Source: a virus (Duplodnaviria; Caudoviricetes). From it: a stretch of DNA of 64,000 nt. Of the stretch, positions 27,314-37,161 are shown piece after piece (the first letter of the stretch is position 1; each line of letters opens with the position of its first letter). The stretch covers positions 1-64,000 of IMG/VR virus record IMGVR_UViG_649989997_000001. One strand, 5' to 3'. A program made the position numbers and the translations under genes. The notes below the pieces were generated by a model. It had not been told where the DNA came from, searched no databases, and saw nothing but the letters and a program-made list of their open reading frames with translations.

Positions 27314-28423
27314 TCAATCCTCACCATTGAACTTATTTTCCAAGAGTTGCATAAGAGCATCCTTGTCCGGCAGGACAAGTTCATACTTGCTGGCGAAAAT
27401 CTGTGTATTGCCCTCCGGCAAAGTCATTTCTACCACGGCATTATTTTTCTCCTTGCAGAGCAGAATACCAACAGTGGGATTCTCTGTCGCCAGTTTCACC
27501 TTGCGGTCATAATAGTTCACATACATCTGCATTTGCCCAAGATCCTGATGTGTAATGCTTCCAATCTTGAGATCAATGAGGACAAAACATTGGAGCAGAC
27601 GATTGAAAAATACCAGATCCACATAGAAGTGCTGTTCATCAAAGGTCAGTCGTTCCTGCCGACCTACAAAGGTATAGCCCTTTCCCAGTTCCAATAGAAA
27701 ATGCTGCAATTCATCAATGATGCGCTGCTCCAAATCAGACTCCGAATAGCGGCTCTCCTCGGGCATTCCTAAGAACTCCAAGATGTATGGATCTTTCACG
27801 ATGTCCTCGGGACGTTCCACAGTCATGCCCTGTTTGGATATCTCGGCGATAGCTTTCTTATCACGAGAAAGTGCCAGGCGCTCATAGAGAGCAGCGTTGA
27901 ACTGTCGCTTCAACTCACGCAGACTCCATCGCTCGTTTGTAGCCTCATTTTCATAGAATTTACGTTCCTTGTCATTTGTGATGCGCATGAGGAACAAATA
28001 GTGCGACCAACTCAACGTGAATTGCGCAGAGAGTGTCTGCAAATTGGTCGGAGGCGGTTCAAAAATCCGAGACGCTGTTTCGGATTTCTGCGCGATCGAT
28101 TCCCGAGACGGTGTTTCGGAAATCACTTCGTTGCTATATGTAATGTAAAAACGACGCATATTCTCGAGATTATCTACCGAGAATCCTCTGCCAAAGCGAT
28201 TCGTAAGATTTTTCGAGAGTTCCTTTAAGACGCTCTTTCCATACTCCGCCCGCAGCGCCCCCTTTTGCTCATGCTCTACAATCATGCGCCCAATTTCATA
28301 GTAAGTAACGATCATTGTGGAGTTGACCACAGTGACAACATGCTGTTTGGCATTTTCAATAAGAGCGGCGATTTGCTCCACCAAATGATCGTTGCTTTCC
28401 ATATTCGCTAATTCTTTGCTCAT
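27314..28423 (-). CDS. yhcG: YhcG/DUF1016 PD-(D/E)XK nuclease-domain protein
   Basis: LSWSHY, KDPYILEFLG, VDLVFFN..IDLK, GQMQMYVNY. Confidence 0.88.
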   Translation of the reverse strand: MSKELANMESNDHLVEQIAALIENAKQHVVTVVNSTMIVTYYEIGRMIVEHEQKGALRAEYGKSVLKELSKNLTNRFGRGFSVDNLENMRRFYITYSNEVISETPSRESIAQKSETASRIFEPPPTNLQTLSAQFTLSWSHYLFLMRITNDKERKFYENEATNERWSLRELKRQFNAALYERLALSRDKKAIAEISKQGMTVERPEDIVKDPYILEFLGMPEESRYSESDLEQRIIDELQHFLLELGKGYTFVGRQERLTFDEQHFYVDLVFFNRLLQCFVLIDLKIGSITHQDLGQMQMYVNYYDRKVKLATENPTVGILLCKEKNNAVVEMTLPEGNTQIFASKYELVLPDKDALMQLLENKFNGED

Positions 28424-28575
28424 GCTCACACCTACAAAAATAAAACGCCCCCAAGTGTGCATAAAAACATCGGCTTCCAGAGGCTTGAGAGAGAAGTCCC
28501 TTTCAGTAGTTAATGCTATATTTTCCCCTGCCTTCACCTACAGGAAATCAGTGAAAGCGTGGATTATCAATGTTT

Positions 28576-29673
28576 TCACGCCGCCTCTCGATCATCATTA
28601 CATTGTATCGTTATTGACGTTACTTCGTTCATCGCCGCTACCAAAATGATACTAGAGGGAAACGTCAGCGTCGCATTCGCACGCGACACCGTAATCTGGC
28701 GATCCTCGATCGGCTCGCGCAGCACCTCAAGTGTCTTCTTGCTGAACTCCGGCAGTTCATCCAGAAAGAGCACGCCGTGATGCGCGAGTGTCACCTCGCC
28801 CGGACGCGGGATGCTCCCGCCGCCGATCATCGCCACCGTCGATGACGTATGATGCGGACTGCGGAAGGGACGCGTGGTCACAAGCCCTGTATCCTTGCCG
28901 AGCAGCCCCGAGATGCTGTATATCTTTGTGATCTCGATGGCTTCTTCCTTCGTCAGTTCCGGCAAAATCGAACTCATCCGACGTGCCAGCATCGTCTTGC
29001 CCGAACCGGGTACACCGACCATCAGAACATTATGCCCTCCTGCCGCCGCAATCTCAAGCGCACGTTTCGCCTGATACTGCCCCTGTACGTCCGCAAAGTC
29101 ATCGGTGAAGGCAGCATCTTTTTTCTGTTCTGTTGCTTGTGGCACAGCAGGAGTCAGCACCTCTGTGCCAGTCAAATGACGCACAAGCTGTGCCAGATTC
29201 TCGACGGCATAGACCTTCAGCCTGTCAATCAGGAGTGCCTCGTCTGCATTCGACGGTGCAACGTAAAACTCCGTCAGCCCATGTTCTCGCGCCGTGATTG
29301 CCATCGGGAGAATGCCGCTGATCGGTCGGCAGTTCCCATCGAGGGAAAGCTCTGCCGAGAAAAGCGCACTCTGCACTGCCGCCTCGGGAACCATACCGTA
29401 GGATGCAAGGAGACCAACCGCAATTGGCAGATCAAGCCCCGAACTGTCCTTTCGCACATCGGCAGGTGCGAGATTGACCGTAACCCGCTCCTGCCGCAGC
29501 TGCATACCGGAGTTGCGAATCGCAGTTCGTACCCGCTCCTTCGATTCCTTCACCGACGTATCGGGAAGCCCGACCAGCTCAAAGCCCGGCAGCCCCGGCG
29601 ACACATCCACCTCAACGTCGATAATCCGTCCATCTATCCCGAGGGTCGTCGCACCATAGGTCTTTGCAAACAA
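28576..29673 (-). pseudogene. comM: 5' part of comM (YifB Mg-chelatase-like ATPase), truncated
   Basis: [32 protein letters not shown]; ends after LVAAMN with 16 unrelated residues instead of PCPCG and the C-terminus. Confidence 0.9.
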
Positions 29674-29756
29674 CGGCCTTCCCTCCTACGTTTCAAATAT
29701 AAGAAAATTATAACACAGGATGGTGGAAGTTGCCTAATGATTCTTTGCAAAAGAAA

Positions 29757-29790
29757 AGATTCCAAACGTCGGAGGTGACGAATGGAATCT
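29757..29790 (-). terminator. Terminator of the WYL operon
   Basis: AGATTCCA..TGGAATCT hairpin followed by TTTCTTTT on minus strand. Confidence 0.7.
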
Positions 29791-29800
29791 CTGTTATTTT

Positions 29801-31609
29801 TCATTCTGTATCAGAATCAATTATACATGCAGTCCAATCAATTTCCTCGTGCTCCTGCCGAAAGAGAAAGAACTTCATATAGGTATATACATCCTTCAGG
29901 GAGATCATCACACAGACAACATCCTCTCCCCACCGATCGGTCAGGTACTGGAGTGCTCCCTGATAGCGATTCGTCGGCGATACCAGTATATCCCATCCGG
30001 CAAGGTATTTTACGTAGCACTCAAATTTCCGCATATCTGTGGAGATTTCTCTCGGCTTCATACTTGCAGCAAATGCCCGTGCCGCAAGGACTTCCTCCGA
30101 CGGAACTAAGCATACGGAAAGCGTATCCTGTTTACTGTCGACCTCCTCCCACACTTTTTCATGCCTTTCCACGGCAAACCGCTCAGGATCATCATCGAAT
30201 ACATGGACACGCTGCCCCCATTCTTCATAAATTGTAATCGGGCGCATGTAGAACATCAAGAAACCACGATCTTCACTCCGATCAACTGACTCTACAACAA
30301 AGGGCGTACCGTCAAAGAATTTTCCTATGGTATATCCATCATTCATTTCGGTCAGTGCATCTGGATTCCACGGTGTCATGCGGATGTCACAGGTCAAATC
30401 ATCAAATTTATCATTGGGATCACAGAAATAACCCATTTCATGTGATGCAAGCAGTCCTCGAGGGTCACGATCCAACCTGTCCTCTGCCGTATCATCATCT
30501 GCCCACAGATTCAGCTCCGGCAGCTTCTCCGACTCCTCAGAGGGGGCCTCTTCATCCGTGCACTCCTGCAGTGTGAGTCCCTGCGTTTGAAATACCTCGC
30601 GGAAAACATCGCAATGCTCGCCTGCCGCAAATACAACAGTGTCAAATGCCTTCGCATAGGTCTTCATGAGCGCGGCATACGCCTCGGCAACAATGTCCGG
30701 CGGATTCTCCCGATAGTCACAGCCAAAGGCGGGAAGGACAAGAATCCTCTCTCTTTTCTTCCCGTCAAGCCGGTAGCGAGCACGCTCACAAATCGCTCTG
30801 CCGCGCAGAACGTGCAAGGAGAACAGTGCTGTTCTTACCAGACTGTCACTCATATCATACGAATTTTCCTTCTCATGGGTAAGCACTCTTTTCGCCGGAG
30901 AACTCATGTGGCCGCCCGCCATATTCGGCGGTGCACACGTGATGACGTCGACATATCCCCACTCGCTCTCGGGGAGAGGCTGCGGCACTCCCTCGCGAAC
31001 CTCCTTAAAGATCGTGATATTCTCTGAATAGATGCAGTCGTTCGTTGCCTCATCATCCTCGTCTGCAAGATTCTTTTTGTAAAAAGCTTTCCATATATTT
31101 TCGCCCACAAGTGTCGAATAGAGATTGGAACAAATGCAGAGGTTTTCCTCCACGCCGTCGGCACCGATGTGAACGTAACCGCCGGGGCTTGTCGCAGACC
31201 CTGGGTTCACCGCCACAACTAGCTTGTCCGGATGCGCAAGGGAGAGTTTTCGCGCGATGTCTACCAGTTCCCCCGTCTGGACATAAATGTGCGCCTCTTC
31301 CCCACATATGCCAAGGAACCTGCGCCCTCTGGAACTCCCCAGACACTGCATCCCCATCGTACGGCTATATGCGTCTTCCTCACAAAAGTGCACGACTGGC
31401 ACATTCAGATCAAGGTCTTCATAATCGTCACTCATAGAGTTGAGTATCGTCTCGGTGATAGCACAAGAATACGGGCTCAGACGCACATCTTCCAACACAC
31501 GACGCTGTGTGTCCACGAAGGCATGGCGCATCTCAAATCCCCGTTTCATCCGCTCCTTCGCCAAGCGCTCTCTACGCCACTGCTGCCACTGCTCTTCATT
31601 ACTCTTCAT
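29801..31609 (-). CDS. TIGR02452/DUF2263 bacterial PARG-like macrodomain protein with unknown C-terminal domain
   Basis: VAVNPGSATSPGGY..GADGVEENLCICSNLY, CIYS, VITCAPP, LPAFGC..NPP. Confidence 0.75.
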   Translation of the reverse strand: MKSNEEQWQQWRRERLAKERMKRGFEMRHAFVDTQRRVLEDVRLSPYSCAITETILNSMSDDYEDLDLNVPVVHFCEEDAYSRTMGMQCLGSSRGRRFLGICGEEAHIYVQTGELVDIARKLSLAHPDKLVVAVNPGSATSPGGYVHIGADGVEENLCICSNLYSTLVGENIWKAFYKKNLADEDDEATNDCIYSENITIFKEVREGVPQPLPESEWGYVDVITCAPPNMAGGHMSSPAKRVLTHEKENSYDMSDSLVRTALFSLHVLRGRAICERARYRLDGKKRERILVLPAFGCDYRENPPDIVAEAYAALMKTYAKAFDTVVFAAGEHCDVFREVFQTQGLTLQECTDEEAPSEESEKLPELNLWADDDTAEDRLDRDPRGLLASHEMGYFCDPNDKFDDLTCDIRMTPWNPDALTEMNDGYTIGKFFDGTPFVVESVDRSEDRGFLMFYMRPITIYEEWGQRVHVFDDDPERFAVERHEKVWEEVDSKQDTLSVCLVPSEEVLAARAFAASMKPREISTDMRKFECYVKYLAGWDILVSPTNRYQGALQYLTDRWGEDVVCVMISLKDVYTYMKFFLFRQEHEEIDWTACIIDSDTE

Positions 31610-31671
31610 ACCCTACAGCTCCTCTCTCTTCACAATCACAAAAGAATATACGAACGTCAACCGACTTTAAC

Positions 31672-32619
31672 TCACCTCCGCTGCAGCGGTATCTGCAAAA
31701 GATAGGTTTGAAACTCTTCGATCGAGTACATCGTCTTATCATAGAGCCCATATCCCATCATCGAGGCTGCCGCAAATTTCACGGGGAAGGGATAGTTAGA
31801 CGGCTGCAATCCTGTCACAATCGTATGGAGACCATTCTTCTCGGGGTCATGATTCGCCAGCAAAAAAATCAGTGCGATGTTCTCACTCTGGATTGTAATA
31901 TCGTGCGGCAAGTTCTTCATGTCAGGAATCAGCCCGAGTTCGCATTTCTGACGAAAGACCTCGGCATAGTCGGCACAGATGGCGGGGAGGTTTGCCGTCT
32001 TCAGAAAATGCCCAAAATCTCTTAGGTGCTCCATCAGCCCCGATGTACCGGACTGTGCCCCATCACCGTACTTCATCTCGATGAAAGCCAGCTTCGGCGC
32101 GTGGAGGTTTTTGCGTACCGCACCGATTGACGACCAGTGCACGGCAACCATGTCAAAACGTGCATCCTCATAGACAAACTCTGTGTCGACGATATAGTAG
32201 TCCGTCGCATGAGAAATCTCCCCATGACGATTGTTATCGCGCTCAACAAGCTGCTGAAACTCACGCTCGTACTTTGGATATTCTGAAAACCACCGATCCA
32301 TCGCCTGTTTATAAATCGGCACCTGTTCGATCGCCTCCGCAATGGAGGGCTGTCCCGAAAGGTTTTGTCCATGACTACAATAGTTCGTGTCAAAATGCAG
32401 CACGTACTGCGTTCCGTTCCACTCGATGCGCAGCAGACTTCCTCCACGATAGTAAATACTGGCACATGTCCCCCGCATTTCGAGCTCCAGCGTTGCGTCC
32501 TGAAGCACGAGATTCAGCAGTCCGTTCAGACATCCACACGAATTCTTCAGATCGTGAAACATTTTCGAGCCAAGTGCTCTCATTTCAGCCGTCCTTTCTT
32601 CCCATAACAGTATCAGCAA
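31672..32619 (-). CDS. Putative PD-(D/E)XK nuclease-fold protein
   Basis: ERE.QQ...DTEF...RFDMVA...FIEMKYG arrangement. Confidence 0.55.
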   Translation of the reverse strand: MLILLWEERTAEMRALGSKMFHDLKNSCGCLNGLLNLVLQDATLELEMRGTCASIYYRGGSLLRIEWNGTQYVLHFDTNYCSHGQNLSGQPSIAEAIEQVPIYKQAMDRWFSEYPKYEREFQQLVERDNNRHGEISHATDYYIVDTEFVYEDARFDMVAVHWSSIGAVRKNLHAPKLAFIEMKYGDGAQSGTSGLMEHLRDFGHFLKTANLPAICADYAEVFRQKCELGLIPDMKNLPHDITIQSENIALIFLLANHDPEKNGLHTIVTGLQPSNYPFPVKFAAASMMGYGLYDKTMYSIEEFQTYLLQIPLQRR

Positions 32620-33527
32620 AGATAGCGCCGCAGAGATTTCTCCTTGTGCAGTGCGGATATGAGTTCCCGCACGGTCATCAGCTCCACATCGAATTGAACA
32701 CCGCGCGCATCCATCATCCCGATCAGATCGCCAAGACGCCAGCGAAATGCATCGAACTCCTCACGCAGCTCCTCCTCTGCCTTGACATAGAGACTATACT
32801 CCGCCTCATCGTCAAAGAACGAAGGATTGCTGATGGTCCATACACAGAGGGAGAGTTTGACCTTCTCTGTAAGAGGAAGCTCCCCCGTGTAAAAGAGGGC
32901 ATTGTAGATCGCATAGACATGCTTAAAGAGCTGCGCCGTATCCAGACGCTTTGCCAGCGGAGCATAGCCCTTTTCCCCCGCCTCTGTATGAAACAGATTC
33001 CGCGTCATTTCCAGACCAACGAACAAGTCCCAGTCAGGATATTGCTTCTCATTGCTCAAATACGATACCGGCAGTGGGTCATGCGAATTCGCCAGCCACT
33101 CTGTCATCTTCATCTCAAAAAGCAGCAGCTCGTCTCTGCGAGAGAGACAGGCATCGAGATGGGCTTTTGCAGCCGGATTGAGTGCGGTCAGCTGCTTTTC
33201 GTACGTCACAGTATATGCACGGCACATGATGTCGTAAGGTTCGCCATTAAACAGATACGCAGGACGATTGCCAAACAGATTGTACGTCATTGCCGCAGAG
33301 GAGTGAAGTGCACGCATATCCTTGTCAAGTTCACGCCCCGCACCCGCTTGGTAGGAATGCTGCACGCGGTCATACATCGGCTCAATCAGATTGTTGCCCA
33401 TGTCTTGTAGATAATATGGATTCTCCTCGCTGAAGAGGGCTTCTTTCCCTGGATTGAGTCTCATCCAGTGACGTTTGATTCCCGCATATACCTTTTCTTT
33501 GCTTACACCGCGTGCCATCATGCACAC
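32613..33527 (-). CDS. PGN_0703-like putative restriction endonuclease
   Basis: LHSSAAMTYNLF, YEKQ, HLDA, FEMKMTE, QLFKH motifs. Confidence 0.6.
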   Translation of the reverse strand: MCMMARGVSKEKVYAGIKRHWMRLNPGKEALFSEENPYYLQDMGNNLIEPMYDRVQHSYQAGAGRELDKDMRALHSSAAMTYNLFGNRPAYLFNGEPYDIMCRAYTVTYEKQLTALNPAAKAHLDACLSRRDELLLFEMKMTEWLANSHDPLPVSYLSNEKQYPDWDLFVGLEMTRNLFHTEAGEKGYAPLAKRLDTAQLFKHVYAIYNALFYTGELPLTEKVKLSLCVWTISNPSFFDDEAEYSLYVKAEEELREEFDAFRWRLGDLIGMMDARGVQFDVELMTVRELISALHKEKSLRRYLC

Positions 33528-34084
33528 TCCTTCTCTACAATGAATCCACTCCAGTTGTCCGCATACTGCAGGAGGAGCGTCAGCTTTTCCTCCCGCGCGG
33601 CAACGCTCCGATTGTCCTCGACATACTGCCCGTCATGGTAGACGATCGCCTGTACCTCCTCCTCTGTCAGTCGGAATCTGCTCGCCACAAGATAAAGTCC
33701 GCGAATCGGAACACTCAGATAGAGGAGGTCGCGGTTAAAACGATATGGGCTGCGCGATGCGCGCTCACCAGATGACAGTTCGCTGCGCAGATACTGCGGT
33801 TTGCCAGGCATTCCTGCCTTGCCGAGGTCATGGAGGAGAGCAACGATGACGCAGCTCTCGTCGCTGATCTCAGGGGCGAGCACAGCCTTGATCTGCAGCA
33901 GATGCTCTGCAACGTTCACGCTGTGTTCAAGCAATCCGCGCTCCCGGCAGAGATGGTATCGCGTCGAGGCAGGTGCCGTCAGATAAGCCGTCTCCTGCTC
34001 AATATACGCCATCAGTGCGCGAAACTCCTCTCTGCGCTGCACGACTTTTGCCTTGAGAACCTCGTAACGCTCCATGAGTTCCAT
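33518..34084 (-). CDS. HD-domain phosphohydrolase (YhaM-like)
   Basis: APAS.RYH..GLLEHS, LLHDLGK, YHDG, AD. Confidence 0.85.
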   Translation of the reverse strand: MELMERYEVLKAKVVQRREEFRALMAYIEQETAYLTAPASTRYHLCRERGLLEHSVNVAEHLLQIKAVLAPEISDESCVIVALLHDLGKAGMPGKPQYLRSELSSGERASRSPYRFNRDLLYLSVPIRGLYLVASRFRLTEEEVQAIVYHDGQYVEDNRSVAAREEKLTLLLQYADNWSGFIVEKECA

Positions 34085-34089
34085 ATCCT

Positions 34090-34506
34090 TTATTCCTCCT
34101 CAATGTCCCCCATCGTCAGGCGTGCATCCTTCCTCTCCTGCTCCCTTATTCCTGCACAGGAAATGAGGCCATCCTGTATCCGTGCAATCCATTCACGCCC
34201 CCACTCATAGATGTAGATAGAGGTGCCTACGAGAGCCAGTGGAATCTCCACCACGTCCATGAATACGATGATCAGACTCCTGTCGTGGGCATGGGCAACC
34301 TGATAAAAGTCCAAAAGCATCTCACGTTCATCCGCATCCATCGCGTATGGCTGCACAAAAAGGCCAATCGCCGGAAATGCAATCAGGTCACTGAAATCCT
34401 CTGCCTCATACAGATGATAACCAAAGTCTGTCACGAATGTCCTGCGTACCCACTCCGTTTCCTCCGGTGTCAGTCCGTAGGTGTATATATTGCTCCAAAG
34501 ATTCAT
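34090..34506 (-). CDS. Hypothetical protein
   Basis: Overlaps the WYL gene stop; GGAGG RBS. Confidence 0.75.
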   Translation of the reverse strand: MNLWSNIYTYGLTPEETEWVRRTFVTDFGYHLYEAEDFSDLIAFPAIGLFVQPYAMDADEREMLLDFYQVAHAHDRSLIIVFMDVVEIPLALVGTSIYIYEWGREWIARIQDGLISCAGIREQERKDARLTMGDIEEE

Positions 34507-35492
34507 ACGTCCTCCTCATACACTCTTGCCATCCGTCGTATAGCCTCACGAACTGCCGTGCGCAGGCTCTGCGGCTCTAGAATCTCAACATACAGACCAT
34601 ATTGTAGTGCCCAGTACTTCATTGCCGCCTCATTGCACGAGAGTGTGACGATCATCTGATCGCTCTCCTCCTGCATGATGCGGAAGTCTTTGCCAAACCA
34701 GTCCACGAGTGCATCCATCATGGAGGTGTTTGTCCGCAGCTTCACGGTGACGCTCTCGCCGCCGAACATATAGATATGTTCCGCCATGTGGCGCGGGAGG
34801 CTGAATCCACGGGAAAACTCTCGTACAGCACTCTTCGGCTTTGCCGCATCGGGCAGCATCTCAATCGCCGTAATGCGGTCGACACGATAGTGCGACACAT
34901 TGTCGTGGGCATTGTGATTCCCAATGAGATAGTACCATCCGTTGTGTGCGGCAAGTTGGTAGGGACTCACGATATAGGGCTCACTTCGTTTCGGATGTAG
35001 TTTGAAGTCTGTCCCATAGGTGTTGTAGGTGAAGCGCACCTTGCGTTTTTCCTCGATGGCATCGTTGAGCACGTCAAGCGCAATCATCACCTGCTTGTTG
35101 TCAGCGTGGGAAAGCTCAGGAAGATTCGAGATGTGTGCTATTTTCGCATGAAAGTAGCGATTGCCAAATGACCGCAGCTTTTCAACGAGCCGCTTTGCCT
35201 GCGCTGTCGAGAGCGTCCGCGAGAACAGAACACTGTCGATCAGCATACGCAACTCGGCATCATCGAAGTCCCGTTCCACAAGCCAACATCCGCCATGCGT
35301 TGCGATGTCGTAGCCCATGTCCTGGAGGGACTGGATGTTGCTGCGCACCGAGCGGCGGTCACAGGTAATCCCATACTGTAACTGCAGCAAACGGATGATC
35401 TCGCTCTGCGTCAGCCGATGATCTGCATCCGAGTGCTCCTGCAGCACCCTCAAAATCAGCAGATTGAGCATTTTCTTGTTCGCACCATACAT
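34503..35492 (-). CDS. wHTH-WYL-WCX transcriptional regulator
   Basis: N-terminal wHTH, SPYQL..WYYL, YRVDRI, EILEPQSLR. Confidence 0.92.
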   Translation of the reverse strand: MYGANKKMLNLLILRVLQEHSDADHRLTQSEIIRLLQLQYGITCDRRSVRSNIQSLQDMGYDIATHGGCWLVERDFDDAELRMLIDSVLFSRTLSTAQAKRLVEKLRSFGNRYFHAKIAHISNLPELSHADNKQVMIALDVLNDAIEEKRKVRFTYNTYGTDFKLHPKRSEPYIVSPYQLAAHNGWYYLIGNHNAHDNVSHYRVDRITAIEMLPDAAKPKSAVREFSRGFSLPRHMAEHIYMFGGESVTVKLRTNTSMMDALVDWFGKDFRIMQEESDQMIVTLSCNEAAMKYWALQYGLYVEILEPQSLRTAVREAIRRMARVYEEDV

Positions 35493-35526
35493 CGTACTAT
35501 CTCCCTCTCGTCTTGCTTACACAGAG

Positions 35527-35562
35527 AGTATAGCACAGATAATGTGCATTTTTTTGCACATT
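35527..35562 (-). promoter_or_regulatory. WYL operon promoter and palindromic operator
   Basis: TGcTATACT extended -10; AATGTGCA-N6-TGCACATT at 35541..35562. Confidence 0.65.
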
Positions 35563-35592
35563 TCTACAAGTACATATAAATAGATGGAGAAT

Positions 35593-37161
35593 TTACCCTC
35601 CAACACCCATCTCAATCTCGCCCTTGAAAACAACTACTGTGCCATCCTCATTGACCACAATGTGATCGAGCAGTCCGCCCCATAGCTCCTCGTCAAACTC
35701 GACTTGTTCCCCTTTGATACCACATACCACTTGAATCATGGTCTCTAGGGTTTTTCTCTTACTCTCCCTCGCGGCAATTTGGTCATCCAACCTCGCTAGA
35801 TGCCCCTGCTTTTCCACATAGAGTGCGCGAATCTCATTCTCCTGTTTCAGATACGCCGTCTGATCCTGTGCCACCCGCGCATTCTCGCGAATCAGTGTTT
35901 CAAGACGTTCTGCCAAAACGCCAAGTTCCTGCTCTATTCTATTACGCTCCCCAATCAACTTCCCTGTTTGGCAAACATCATCAACCAGCGACCGAAGTTC
36001 TGCAATCACGTGCTCTTTGACTTCCACCAAGGAATTCAATGCCTTGACGAAAATCTGTTTGATCTCCTCCTCTGTCAGATGCCTTGTACTGCACGGCTTG
36101 CCCTTGTGGGCATATTTCTTATTGCAGCGATAGATAACTCTGCGGTACTTATCCGTGGAGTGCCAGACCTTCGCACCGTACCATGCGCTGCAGCAGCCGC
36201 ATTTGATTTTGTTCGCGAAGATGCTCACACCGCTGTGCTTGCCGTTCTGCTCTCTGCGTTTTATCTCCGCTTGCACAAAGTCGAATAAGTCTGGAGGAAT
36301 GATTGCCTCGTGGTGTTCCTCCACATAATACTGTGGAATCTCTCCCTTGTTTCTGCGTCGCGTCTTATCCAAAAAGTCTGCCGTATATTGTTTCTGGATC
36401 AGCGCATCACCGCGATACTTCTCATTCGTGAGGATGGAGCGCACCGTGGAAATATACCATCTATCTTTTCCAGACGGAGATTTGATGCCCCGTTTCTCTA
36501 GTTCCTTGGTAATCGCGTAGAAGGATCGCCCGCCAAGGAAGAGTTTGTAGATGAGCCTTACGATTTTCGCCTGTTCTTCGTTGATTTGGAAATCCTTGTC
36601 ATAGCCGAGAAAGGCACTGTAGCCCACACTGGTCTTGCCCTCGGCGAACTGCTTGCGCTTGCCCCATGTGGTGTTCTCCGAGATGCTGCGACTCTCCTCC
36701 TGGGCTAGGCTGGACATAATCGTTATAAGGAGTTCTCCGCGCGTGTCAAACGTCCAAATGTTCTCTTTTTCAAAGTAAATCTCTACGCCATGTTCCTTGA
36801 GTTTACGGACGTTTTGGAGTGAATCTACGGTGTTTCTCGCAAAGCGGCTGATCGACTTTGTAATGATGAGGTCAATCTTGCCTGCAAGGGCGTCCTCGAT
36901 CATCTGGTTGAACCCGTCACGCTTCTTTGTGTTGGTGCCGCTGATCCCCTCGTCCGAATACATGCCGACGAAATCCCAGTCTGCACGGCTTTCGATGTAG
37001 TTCTTGTAATGAGCCATCTGCATTTCGTAACTGGAAGCCTGTTCTTCATGATCGGTCGAAACTCTGGCATATCCTGCCGTCCTGCGCCGTCTTGGTTCTG
37101 CCGTAACCTCAGAGCGAAAGATTTTAGGGCTTGCAGGGATGACCCTCACTGTCTTTGCCAT
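35593..37161 (-). CDS. Large serine recombinase
   Basis: YARVST, SISRFAR, recombinase domain, CGCC zinc ribbon, coiled coil. Confidence 0.93.
   Translation of the reverse strand: MAKTVRVIPASPKIFRSEVTAEPRRRRTAGYARVSTDHEEQASSYEMQMAHYKNYIESRADWDFVGMYSDEGISGTNTKKRDGFNQMIEDALAGKIDLIITKSISRFARNTVDSLQNVRKLKEHGVEIYFEKENIWTFDTRGELLITIMSSLAQEESRSISENTTWGKRKQFAEGKTSVGYSAFLGYDKDFQINEEQAKIVRLIYKLFLGGRSFYAITKELEKRGIKSPSGKDRWYISTVRSILTNEKYRGDALIQKQYTADFLDKTRRRNKGEIPQYYVEEHHEAIIPPDLFDFVQAEIKRREQNGKHSGVSIFANKIKCGCCSAWYGAKVWHSTDKYRRVIYRCNKKYAHKGKPCSTRHLTEEEIKQIFVKALNSLVEVKEHVIAELRSLVDDVCQTGKLIGERNRIEQELGVLAERLETLIRENARVAQDQTAYLKQENEIRALYVEKQGHLARLDDQIAARESKRKTLETMIQVVCGIKGEQVEFDEELWGGLLDHIVVNEDGTVVVFKGEIEMGVGG

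Larger units (their letters stand above)
1..28626 (-). mobile_element. Prophage-like element 1 (partial; left end outside window), apparently integrated in comM
   Basis: Contiguous phage packaging/replication genes plus RM cargo; right end coincides with the comM truncation point. Confidence 0.75.

Noticed and set aside
35563-35592. Left att site of element 2
   Set aside because: Plausible position, but no matching core sequence or disrupted gene is visible within the window
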